Source: Lytechinus pictus (Eukaryota). From it: a DNA stretch of 64,000 nucleotides. Shown piece by piece: positions 52,938 through 64,000 of the stretch. The stretch lies in assembly GCF_037042905.1 (NCBI RefSeq), contig NC_087250.1:20958001-21022000 (forward strand), in the 5' to 3' direction. Position numbers and translations under genes: made by a program. Each line of letters begins with the position of its first letter. Position 1 is the first letter of the stretch. The notes below the pieces were generated by a model. The model was given only the letters and a program-made list of their open reading frames with translations. It did not search any database and had not been told where the DNA came from.

Positions 52938-54398
52938 TGTTTATCAAATCTATAGGCCTTATTATGTTTATTCTTTATTTTTATGATATGTTCATTATAT
53001 ACAACATTGTGAAACGGAAAACAGCGAATGAAATAATTAAAACATGTATTCAAAATGCCTAAATTCTAGGTCTAAATAAAAAACAACAACGCGCATTCAC
53101 GTTTGTTGAGAAACGCAGCTTGTTCTATATATTTATAGCGTGCTTGAATTGTCCAGTTTCAGATCAGAATATCAAAAAAACTTCTGCTCGCATTAATAAC
53201 ATTAATGTAGGAAGATACTTAGTTACCCATCCATTTTACGACTTACAAAACTTTAAAAGAGTGTAATGTTCTTAGATCCGAAATCTATTTTTTTCGGCTC
53301 GTGCTGCCGTCAATTGTTTAGTTATGTAACTCGAGTCCTGAAGAAAATACCGATGATTGGACCTATTGGTGATTGGACCCATGGCAACGATACCAAATGA
53401 TTGTTAGCCGAAATGGGTTTACACAAAAAGATAGTGAACCAACTGAAGTTCGACCAAACGGAACATGGACGAAATGAGAGTAGACCAAGTGGTTATTAGA
53501 CCAATTGGCTATTAGGCCAAAAGGTAATAGACGTATAATGATATTGGAAAAAGTGGATATTGGACCAATTGAAAAAAATACAATTAGACTAAATGATAAT
53601 AAACAAAACGGCTATTAGACCAACTGGCTATTAGACGAAATGATTATTGGACTATGTTGATAGTTGACTAACTAATGGTAGACGAAATGATATCAGACCA
53701 TGCGATAGTGGGGAAAAGGCAGTAGACGAAATGACATAAACCGATAAATATCCGTACAAAGAGTAAACCTGATTTCCAAATCACCTAATTCTCTTTCTCG
53801 TGTCTTTAAATACTTAGTGAAAGCATATTTTATATCTTATCCGTAACTCGAGTCCTGAAGAAAATACCGCTGTGACATTTAGCGTTGCAACATGTGACGT
53901 TATGCGTTAGAAAAACTACGACATTATGCGTTGACTGCGACATTATGCGTTGGTGCGACATTATCGGTTGTAACAGCAGTGTTGTATTGAAACATAAATT
54001 TACCAGTTCGCGGTAAAATCAGGAAAGGGGGAATGAGGTATGGGACTTTTTTCTATTTATGATTTTTGATTGGTTTTGCAATCACAAAAATAATCTCAAC
54101 ATCTACATATCATTGGTATACTTAATGGGGGAAAACAAGGTAATGAAAAGGTAATAACAACAGTAATAATAACAATCATGAAACAAATGAAAAAGGGACT
54201 TGACTTCGTAATTCCATTCTAGGATATTCATTGTGGCATGGATAGTCATCAATGTTTTCTAAAATACTGTACAGTGTTCACTTCATTCAGTTCATCTTTC
54301 TTCATTATTTTCCATTGAAGAATTATGTTATTGATTGAAATTACTGTCTTCTCATCTAATTTAATTATGTTTACTCTCATATGCACTGGGGGCTGGAT

Positions 54399-54628
54399 CA
54401 CTGGCGGATCCAAAGTAATGATCAAAATTTTAAGTGTGAACATGCCAGCCATTTTTACCGAAGTGTGCCCCTCCCCCTTTGAAGCGATTAAGGACTTTTT
54501 TTTGCTAGCAAATTTTTGTTGGGACAATAATACCTTAAATGTTAGATGTAACCCCCCTTCTTTATTGCTTGCCAAGCTTTTTCTCGGGAAAATGTGCCCC
54601 CTTTTGGAAGAAACTGAATCCGCCCCTG
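54399..54628. mobile_element. hAT-like MITE
   Basis: cactggcggatcc / gaatccgcccctg; flanks GGCTGGAT / GGCTGAAA (degenerate 8-bp TSD). Confidence 0.55.
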
Positions 54629-54681
54629 GGCTGAAATGTCATTTTAACTCGATCTAGGTCTATTCTTAAGCACTTGATATA

Positions 54682-55291
54682 AAAAAGGAGACAAGTTTTA
54701 CGCAAGAAACGCAAGAGATTTTCATTAAACGGATAGTCCAGGCTATATATCGAAAATTTGATTAAAATCGGATAACAAATAACGAAGCTATTGAATTGTA
54801 AAGATTTTCATTATCTGGTGAAACAATAGGCATGTCTTTATGAATATTCATTACGTGGGCTGATGATGTCATATCCCCACTTTTTCTTTTGTATATATTT
54901 CATTATATGAAATTAGGTTTATTCAATCATTTTCTACCAAGAGCTAAATTAATTGGATTGACAACTGATTAAATGCATTACTTATTAATTGCTGCAACTT
55001 ATTTCATCATAATGGAGACACATCATTTACACATGTATGAAATAATGAAATATTTATGATTTCATGTAATAACATAAAAAAAGAAAGTTGGGATGTCACA
55101 TCAACAGCCCACCTAATGAATATTCATGACGATGTGCATATATACTGTTTTCACAAAATATTGATAAACTTAAAAATTCAATAACTTCGTCACTTGTTAT
55201 CCGATTCTGATGAAATTTTCAGCATTTTGCTCTGTGAATTTTACTCTATGTTTTAGATATAAATATTTTTAGCCGCGGACCGTCCCTTTAG
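54682..55291. mobile_element. Kolobok-like MITE, degraded left end
   Basis: Inverted pairs aaaatcggataacaa / ttgttatccgatt and atgaatattcatt..gtgggctg / cagcccacctaatgaatattcat. Confidence 0.6.
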
Positions 55292-56141
55292 CATTAGCAC
55301 TATCGCTGCCCTTGGCACTGTTAGTGGATAGTTCAAACATTAGCGCTAATGTCAGCTTCTGTGCGGTCTTGTAATATTAGTCTAACAGTGCTAGCTAGTG
55401 ATTTGGCTAACATCCTGCTCCTGTGCGGGCAATACCTCGCTAACAGGGCTATGAGCGACAAATGCTCTGTTAGCGCTAACTGGAACCTTTCGCAAACCTC
55501 ACGGACGCTAATATTAGGGTCCTCTAACACAACAGTTGACGCTTAATCATACACTTGATTTTTAAGATTGATTGTACATTATAGTCAATAGAATCAAACG
55601 TAGAAAACTGCTCTACAATCATTGCTAAGCTTTGTGTTACAGGGGGGTTACAGGCCATACAGATCTGCTTTTCGTGTGCAAAATTCTTTCCCGCGACACC
55701 CGCACCATACATGCATGTACATTACGACTGATAGTCATTATCGTATAGATTATGACATATGGATAAGAAAGTGGTTTTTCGAAAAAATCGAGTACATATT
55801 GAGTGAGGAATGAAGTTACTGAATTAACCAATGAAGTTACTGAATTAAGGCTTAGATATAGATCAATACAGTCCATCGAATCGATATTGCATTAAATGTG
55901 GATTATTGGTGGATCACTGGCAATTGATTCCATGGGTCAGATCACCTCTCCAGCCGAAACCGTTGATAAGTACACGGCATAGGCAATAGGCCTAAACATA
56001 TATACGTCTAAATACAAGCCAAATTTGCGTTTTTTTTTTTTTTTTTTTTGCTTACTCGTACACAAACGATATGCCTCTAGCACACAATGTAATGGGCGTT
56101 ACGTTTTACTTTCCCCAGAAATGGGGGATTGCGTTCAAATT

Positions 56142-56438
56142 CCCGGGGGACCACTTCCATTGATAAGTTGATACCAGGCGCGACCATGGGGTTTCGAAAT
56201 CACCCTAAACAAGGGAAGCAAGTCTTTTCCAGATTATGAAAATGCATCTCTTAACAAGTATTTAGCTTGTAAAACCCTACAAGTATTGGAAATATATATC
56301 CTTTTCAGTATTGTAAACATCGTTTTTGGCACCCTTATAACGTTACATAGGCCTATACGTAACGTACTTGCCCACTCTTTCCCTTTTTACGCGTGGTCGC
56401 GCCTGGTATCCACTCTTCAATGGAAGTGGCCCCCCGGG
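56142..56438. mobile_element. MITE with CCCGGGGG termini
   Basis: cccgggggaccacttccattga..gataccaggcgcgacca / tggtcgcgcctggtatc..tcaatggaagtggcccccccggg. Confidence 0.8.
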
Positions 56439-56892
56439 CGGCCTCTCGATCTATGGGCGGAATCAAATGCGGCTCTGATAAGTCGTCCTAAATCGGATAT
56501 ATCGCTGTTACCATAGTAGCAACCAGAATTTTGCACACGGAACGCCGATTGAATGTTTCCGTACCAGATGCAAAATGAAAAAAAATCTCATGTCACACAA
56601 TTTGCATTGCAGGACAGAGTTTTACGACCATGACGACGGGCCCAAAAGTCTCTTCCAAAATCAACCACCGTTGTAAATAGGCGTTTGCGGTCTCGAACGA
56701 AAGGTCGGGAACAACGTTTCTGCGCGGCCGATACTTATTCATCAATGGATTATATTCTACTGCTGTTATCTTAAACGATTATCGATTAATATCATGTGAT
56801 TTGGTATAACAAAAGAAAGCAAATATTTATGAAATACAACATGATGGATTATATGAATTTATTTCTCTAGCAATTATCTAACATTATAATAC

Positions 56893-58463
56893 CTTTTGTT
56901 TCAGTTCTCTTGGAAGATTTCGCATCCCAACTACAGTATACACTGTTGGCGATTGCAAAAGCATATTTTGTGACGTCACACACCTTCGAACCAAGGATGA
57001 CACATTCCCATCGCTAACCCCAGACTCTGATGAACAGTCTAAGAGAATACGATAACGCTCACTCTCGTATAAATAACTATTTGTCAGAAGCGTCTCCATT
57101 ATTCGAATACAGAGTCTGTTCTTTGTGCCAGCAGCAAAACGAATGAGATTTTCATATTCACCAACATCTCTTTTCATCTTTCGCAACACTTGGTCTAACT
57201 TAGAAATCTTCAAATTCAGCTTCAAACGACTTGTTTTATGAGCTAGGAACTTCCCGGCTGCATGTTCTTGGGCAAGTTTGTGATAAAATTCTATAGTAGT
57301 AGAATGAGTTTCGTTAGTTTGAGGAAGGTGTTCGCTTGATACAGTTGTCTTGGATACTATCCCTAACTGACATGCCTTATCGAGGACAGATGGAATCTTC
57401 TGAAAATCACGAGGGGTAAATACCAACTTCTTAGAATCAGCAAGTAGACCAGTGAGAGAAACTTTACCCAGTTTGTGGATTATTTCGTCCAGGGTTTCAG
57501 GTGTGAATAACCCATCGGTCCGTTCATTTGCGTGGTGGCTTAAAAACACGTTTACTTTGTCGAGTAATGCTGTTTGAGTCGATGTCTCACTGTCAAGACG
57601 ATCTACAGACCATAAGTGACATACCATGAGGCAGAATAGTGGTGTTTTTACTAGTTCCTCTATCAGTGGATTTGTCTCGAAGTAAAACTTCAGACCATCT
57701 GCTTTCATTGGTTTCTGAATCCGGGAAGAAAAGAACCTGTCAATGTAATCACATGAGCTCTCTTTGGAGAATCCTTCGATCTCCATCTTCGTGTATACCC
57801 TTGGTAGATCCCCTTGACTGAAAATGTTTTCTAAGTGAGGTCGTGATGTTACAAGAACTCGACATTGTTGAAACATTTCCCATCGGAGAATGCTCATGAT
57901 ATTGCTTGAGGAGGAGATACCAGCATACTCATCGAGCCCATCTAGTACAATATGACAGATTCCCTGATGCTGCCTGATGAAACTTTCTAGCCCCTCTGGC
58001 GTCAGATCGTCAACATCACTCAGGAGTTGTGATATGATGGCTTCTCCGATCGATGTACTATGGCTTGTGTTTCGAAACTTGACAACAAACAGCAGTGGCA
58101 AGTCCTCTAATCCTGAGCCATCTTCTCTGTGAACCCAGTCGTGCGCCATCTTAGCAACAGCTGTCGTCTTTCCTCGTCCAGCGGGAGCCGAAATAAGGAT
58201 TCGAGATGGAAATTTTCCGTTAACTTTGGCTGAAAATATTTTTCCTGCAGAGCCTTGCAGTATTTCCTTTTCCTTAATATCTCTCCCACGACCGTCCTTC
58301 TTTACCATGGTAACAACGGTGTGCATATCTTCAAACTCTGCATAATCATCTTTGTCCCAAGGTTTCATTTGAATTTTACATAGCTGGTTCGAATATTTGT
58401 CCTCCAAGATTGTGCGACATTTTCGAACAGTCAGAGATTCCGATATCTTCTTACTGTAGGTAT
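56893..58463 (-). CDS. NLR gene, NACHT NTPase exon
   Basis: Acceptor gttccAG (phase 1, in frame with the DEATH exon) and donor AAG|GT at 56892. Walker A APAGRGKT, Walker B IVLDGLDE, sensor-1 VLVTSR, TPL motif and winged-helix EFYHKLAQE; no stops. Confidence 0.93.
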
Positions 58464-58982
58464 CTGGAACGATATAACAAAAGCCTTGAGTAGAATGAGT
58501 TCAACCACGTGATATCTGCCCTTTTGAAATAGGACAAAGAGATGATTCGGAATAAGAAATACTTATGCGGGTCTTTTTTCCATTATTCAATATGATAGTA
58601 CAAAAACAAGAATACATACCAAAGAAACAATCCCTTGAGGAAGGAACAAATGAAAAATACTTTGTAACGAAACTTGTTGCAAAATATTTACACTCAGAGG
58701 CAGATTAAAAGTGGGAAATAAGGCTGTCATAGTTATATCTAAAGCTTATTTTTTAGTAGGAAGATGTTGTTTTATACGCCCTTAAGTCTTTTTTATCTGA
58801 TAAAACTAGAAAAGGTAAAATTTTAATATTCATTTTAAATTGATAGTTTGATGCTTCCTGGAGATAAAAATGTTAGGGATAGAGTAAAAAAAATTCTTTA
58901 TTAAAACTACAACAAAACAAAAATATTCATTTTTAATTCGTTGATAATTAATATATTATTTGGCCTGAATTGTATTTTTCAC

Positions 58983-59286
58983 CTTGGGTAGCTATCGTCT
59001 CTCTAAGATAAGTTTCAGCAAGCCTGACTAGATTAGCATCAATAAGTGCTTGCTTCAGCCTAGGATGCTGATTGGATTGCTCCACTCTCTGTCTCCAGTC
59101 AAACAGCATGTCACGTGTTCCCTTACACGTGACCCGTCCTTCCAGTCTGCTGGTCTCTGCGTATCTATTGATGGCTGCAGTGTTGAATCCTAGTGTTCGT
59201 CCCAAGGCCCCCATCTGTTCACCGGTCTCGATGTCTTCAGCTAGCTTACATAGAAGCTCATCTGGAATATCTCCTTGTGTTGCCAT
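58983..59286 (-). CDS. NLR gene, N-terminal DEATH-fold exon
   Basis: ATG in gcgATGg context just after an acceptor at 59296; donor CAAG|GTGAAA. Death-domain-like pattern (LGRTLGFN..AINRY..DMLFDW..LKQALIDANLVRLAE). Confidence 0.87.
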
Positions 59287-59594
59287 CGCTGCAGTCTAAT
59301 AGACATAACAAAGAAGAATTATAATCTAATCGGAAAATTGAAAAAAAAGTATTTGTTGTATCCGTTCATTATTGTACATCTTTAAATTACACTGAAGTCT
59401 ATTAGTTCAATAATGTGCATCGTCTTCAAAAACCTTGGCGAGACTGTGTTGTTACTGGGTAGTGTATGTCTCCATCATGGGATTAGAAACCAATTCAATT
59501 CAATACGATCATTACACAGCCAAAAGGCTGTAATTAGCATGCTTACAATAACATATTCACAAGTCATACATGGGTAAAAACAACAAACAGGTAT

Positions 59595-59846
59595 ACTGTA
59601 AAAAAAAATGGGTAAAGTTTTAACCAGCACGAGGGTAAATATGCGTCCAACCAATCTGGGGCAGTATTTTACCCAATGCGGGAAGCGTATTGTCAAGTAA
59701 GGTTAAAAAATAAGCAGCAATCACTTTAGAATGGGCACATTTTTCATCACACTGGATATATAAAAATTCCCAAAAGAAATGCCCAACATTGGTTGGACAC
59801 ATAATTACCCCTACGAATTTTTTTTACCCAATATTTATTAGGGTGT
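59595..59846. mobile_element. Old EnSpm-type MITE
   Basis: tactgtaaaaaaaaatgggtaaa ... tttacccaatatttattagggtg. Confidence 0.5.
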
Positions 59847-60344
59847 ACGTGTAAGAATTTGTGATGTACATAGATTCAAATTCAAAATATGATAAATGTT
59901 AATTGGAGTAATACATTACCTAACGAAAATCAAGTCTTTGGAATGTGATAGAAAATAATGACGTTGTCAAACCTATAATTTTGTACAATTTTGGTGAACA
60001 CAGGTCGATGAGTATTAGATAAGCAGCTGATTATCTCATATGTATTTTCTCTGATGCATTGCGTGCTGATTAAAAAGCGGCAGCTCGAGTTAGAATTTGA
60101 GTAATGATAAGTAGGATGAGCCCAAATATTTATATCATTATTACGATTATTGTTTTATTATTAATTTCGTTATTACTATTAGCAGTGTAATTATTGTAAT
60201 TATTCTTTTTTATACACTCTAGTGAGTTTTGGTTACTCATATTGCTTATCATTATTACCATTTTTATTAATAATATTTTTGTTATCATTTAATAATATTA
60301 AAAACATCATCATATCTGCATTTTCTTATTTTATGCTACGAAAT

Positions 60345-60510
60345 CATTATTTTTCTCACAGTTTCATTTGAATTTGCATAGCTGAGTTGAATTTTAATCC
60401 TCCAAGACTGTGCGATATTTTCTAACGGTCAGAGACTCAGAAATAAACTCACTGTAGATATATTGAATGATAAAAACGGACCAAAATTAGTTCAACCACG
60501 TGCTATCCGA
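60345..60510 (-). pseudogene. Decayed fragment of a paralogous NACHT-exon 5' end and adjacent intron
   Basis: Aligns to 58345-58520 (gtttcatttgaattt..catagctg..tcctccaaga.tgtgcga.atttt..aac.gtcagaga..c..actgtag..agttcaaccacgtg), with indels and a lost splice acceptor. Confidence 0.8.
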
Positions 60511-60566
60511 CAGAAGAAATGAAAATAAATCAACATAAATAGGGCTTGAAAATATTGTTCACTCAA

Positions 60567-63402
60567 TAGTCACGCAGCATATGTCATGATTTACCGGCTA
60601 CTTCGACAAATTGGCTAAGTCTGATTTTTCACTTTTATGTGATTGGTGACATCATAGGAACAACTTTCAACTTGGTGACAAATTTCTAATGGTCATCTTG
60701 ACCATGTTAGGGGTCAAAATAAGGTCAATAGGGGTCAATTTTTTAAATTGCCCCAATTCTGTCAAATGACACATCAAAATGTTTGTCTTGTTATACTGAA
60801 CAAAAAAGTGTACACAATTATATACTCTTGACCTCCCGTTAAAAAGTTATGACCGGAAATGTCAAAGGTCAACGAACTTTCGTTAAATGGCAAATTACAC
60901 TGAAGGTGTTAAGAAAGCTCATTTTTCCGTGTTTTTATGCATCTGTAAACTTTTTTTATTTTCGATTTTGATAATTCCATCGTCAGAAGTCCTTATCCAG
61001 AAGATATAAAGGGTCAAGACAAGGTCAGGGAAAGGTCAAAAGGTCAACAAACTTTCATTGGAAGCCAAAATACACGTCTAATAGCGGTTAGAAGTTTAGA
61101 AGTCTTATTTTTCGTGGGTTCTTTATTTTGAGTCTATATCTAAGAGGACATTTTATATATAATTATAAAGGGGTCAAATGTGCTTATTTAGGAACAAAAT
61201 AGATAAACAGAGATAGACGTCGAATGCATTCAGTGTGGTATTGCGGGAATACCTCGAAAAGACTTGACAAACCCTTATGCCCTTAAAATATTATCATCTT
61301 CAAGATGTGATAAGTGCAACTAGGGAGTTTTTTTTATTTAGGAATTCAATTCAAGTTCAGTTCATTTTCAATTTACTCATCTTTGATATGTAAAGAAGTA
61401 TTTCCTTCATTTGCTTTGTATAGAATATCTTAATTAACAAAAATTATTGTAATGTATTGGGGTATAAGTATAATACTATGTTAACAGAATAAACACATCG
61501 ATTGATCAGTGCTCCCAGCTCCTAAGAAAGATGCCTAACATTTCGTTTGGATTATCTTGCAAATAAGACAATGAGGTTAGGATTGAGGGTGATAAGTTGA
61601 GCTCCAATTGCTCCTCAATTAATTCTAATGTATGACGGTTATATTATTTCTGGCAAAGAAGCACCATCGTGCATGCATGCTCATTGTAGTCATGGATGTC
61701 CATTTTGCATGCTGATGTGAATTCTGACCATTACTCGATCTCTGGAGTCAAGAAGGACTACACATTTATGGTTCATGTGCTGTTCTAAGCTTATTATCGG
61801 GCCCTTTTGCATTTTGTAAAGTGAAAATTTATAAGGATTTTGTGCATACTTTTGGTCAATCATATTTATTTTTTTTAAGTAAAAATGCAAGTCTTCACAA
61901 TTTCTGGGGGCAGCTGCCCCCCCCCTCCCCTTCCCGCTACGGTATGGCCGTGGTTCACTTCAATTATATAATTATTCTTTCTAGTAACCTCCAGGTAATT
62001 CAGCAAGTAGGAAAAAAACAAGAACGACAAAAGAACCAAAAAAAAATCTGCATCTGGTATTAAGTTTAGTTTCACGTTGTATGCTCTGGAAAAACACACT
62101 TGATAAAATAGTACAAGCCGTGTTAATGTCAGCACATAATCAGGAATGTGTAGTCCTTGGCTCCAGAGATCGAGTAATGGTCAGAACATATCACATCAGC
62201 ATGATGGACACCCATGACTGACTACAATGAGCATGCTTGCACGATGTTGCCTCTTTGTCAGAAATAATATAACAGTCACACATTAGAATTAATAGCAATT
62301 TGAGTCCACCTTATCATATCATCCTCATCCCTTACCTCATTATCTTATTCGTAAGTTAATCCAAATAAGATGTTAGGCATCTTTCTTAGGAGCTGGGAGC
62401 ACTGATCAATCGATGTGTCTGTTAACATAGTGCACATAATTATATACCCCAATACATTACAATACTTTCTATTGAATAAAATATTAATAATATTTTAATC
62501 TACATTTAATCCGTTTGCTTTGTACATAATATGTACAAAGCAAACGGATTAAATGTATCTTTACATATCAAAGACTGGTAAATTGAAAATTTAAAAAAAA
62601 TTGAACTTGAATTGAATTCCTAAATCCAGAAAATCAAGAAACTCGGAAAGAGCTGGTTGCACTTATAACATCATGAAGATGATACGACTTTTAAGGGCAT
62701 TAGGGTTTGTCAGGGTCGTTTCAAAGTATTCCTGCAATACCATACCACACTGAATGTATTCGACGTCTATCTCTGTTTATCTATTTTGTTCCTAAATAAG
62801 CATATTTGACCCCTTTGTATATAAAATATCTTCTTAGATAGAGACTCAAAATAAAGAACCCACGAAAAATAAGACTTCTAAACTTCTAACCGCTATTAGA
62901 CGTGTATTTTGGCCTTCTATAAAGTTTGTTGACCTTTTGACCTTTCCCTGACCTTGTCTTGACCCTTTATATCTTCTGGATAAGGACTTCTGACGATGGA
63001 CTTATCAAAATCGAAAAACAAAAAAGTACACACATGCATAAAAATACGGAAAAAATGAGCTTTCCCAACACTTTCAGTGTAATTGCCATTTAACGAAAGT
63101 TCGTTGACCTTTGAAATTTCCGGTCATAACTTTTTAACGGGAGGTCAAGAGTATATAGTTGTGTACACTTATTTGTTCAGTATAACAAGACAGACAATTT
63201 GATGTGTCATTTGACAGAATTGGGGCAATTTAAAAAAAATTGACCCCTATTGACCTTATTTTGACCCCTAACATGGTCAAGATGACCATTAGAAATTTGT
63301 CACCAAGTTGGAAGTTGTTCCTTGTGATGTCACCCATCACATAAAAGTGAAAAATCAGACTTAGCCAATTTGTCGAAGTAAATTACATATGCTGCCTGAC
63401 TA
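60567..63402. mobile_element. 2.8-kb Academ-like foldback element with ~1.2-kb inverted arms
   Basis: TAG...CTA termini (tagtcacgcagcatatgt / acatatgctgcctgacta) with 3-bp TSD CAA. Arms 60567-61782 and 62130-63402 around a ~350-bp spacer. Confidence 0.87.
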
Positions 63403-64000
63403 CAAGATAAGTGGGCGTTTTAGTTCTTTGCATTAAACAAGAGAAAAGTTGAACAAAATTGAAAAACCCGCTAAAATCCATACAAAAATGAATCACCCCT
63501 TCTGAAAAAATGTATTTGTTTCTACCGAGACTAGTTGCATATACATGTATACTATAAAATGTTAGGGGGTGATTACATGAGTGTGTGTACGATGCGCGTC
63601 AATAAATCTGTTACATTTTTGGAAAAGCTGTCGAAATGTCGTTTGTTATGATGAGGAAGATGTGTAATACAGAACGTGTTATAGTCTACTTTATCAGATG
63701 ACACTAAAAAGAGCCAATTTTGTTCAGGTATTCCAGATCATCGACCCTTTATTGCCAAAGATGTAAAAAAAAACGGCTACCGCTAAAAGGGAAAATCACA
63801 GAGTAGAAGCAATTGCCTGAATTGGTGCTCCAATTTGTTGCTTGTTCATGTCGTTGCATGCATGGCAAATTGATATTACTGTACGGATCATGTATTATAG
63901 GCATTGATTTTATGTCAAGTCATTGACAAGGTAGAGCAAGAGGATTACCTTTTTATACAAGGATGACATGATAATACATTTTGCTTAAAACATACTCCAA

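Larger units (their letters stand above)
50227..53975. mobile_element. 3.75-kb foldback element with TGT..ACA termini (Ginger2/TDD-like)
   Basis: tgttacaaccgata / tatcggttgtaaca with 5-bp TSD GCAGT. Arms align over ~600 bp (50227-50270 + 50730-51360 versus 53365-53975). Confidence 0.83.

Overview
Eukaryotic, AT-rich, transposon-dense genomic DNA, most likely from a sea urchin or related echinoderm (inferred from the DEATH-NACHT-LRR gene and the repeat types; not verified by search). Two host genes are supported. The last two exons of RPL12 lie on + (283-482, 1449-1454). A spliced DEATH-NACHT-LRR (NLR) immune receptor lies on - (exons 59286-58983, 58463-56893, 39397-38880, 37611-37512; 3' end unresolved), with a decayed paralogous NACHT-exon fragment upstream. 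Almost everything else is mobile DNA, often nested. At 11.1-22.7 kb a five-layer stack can be reconstructed: a tRNA-derived SINE, split by an 11-kb piggyBac-like element, whose (GATA)n core holds a Penelope-like retroelement (GIY-YIG C-terminus plus a minimal hammerhead ribozyme), itself split by a 6.7-kb element with CACAGTG termini that contains further MITEs. The 17.5-kb NLR intron holds a young Tx1/L1 LINE (11-bp TSD, one homopolymer frameshift), an EnSpm-like element in that LINE's 3' UTR, and a Ginger-like foldback. A 2.8-kb Academ-like foldback with ~1.2-kb arms lies upstream of the DEATH exon. Superfamily labels rest on termini and TSD rules only; no database search was possible.
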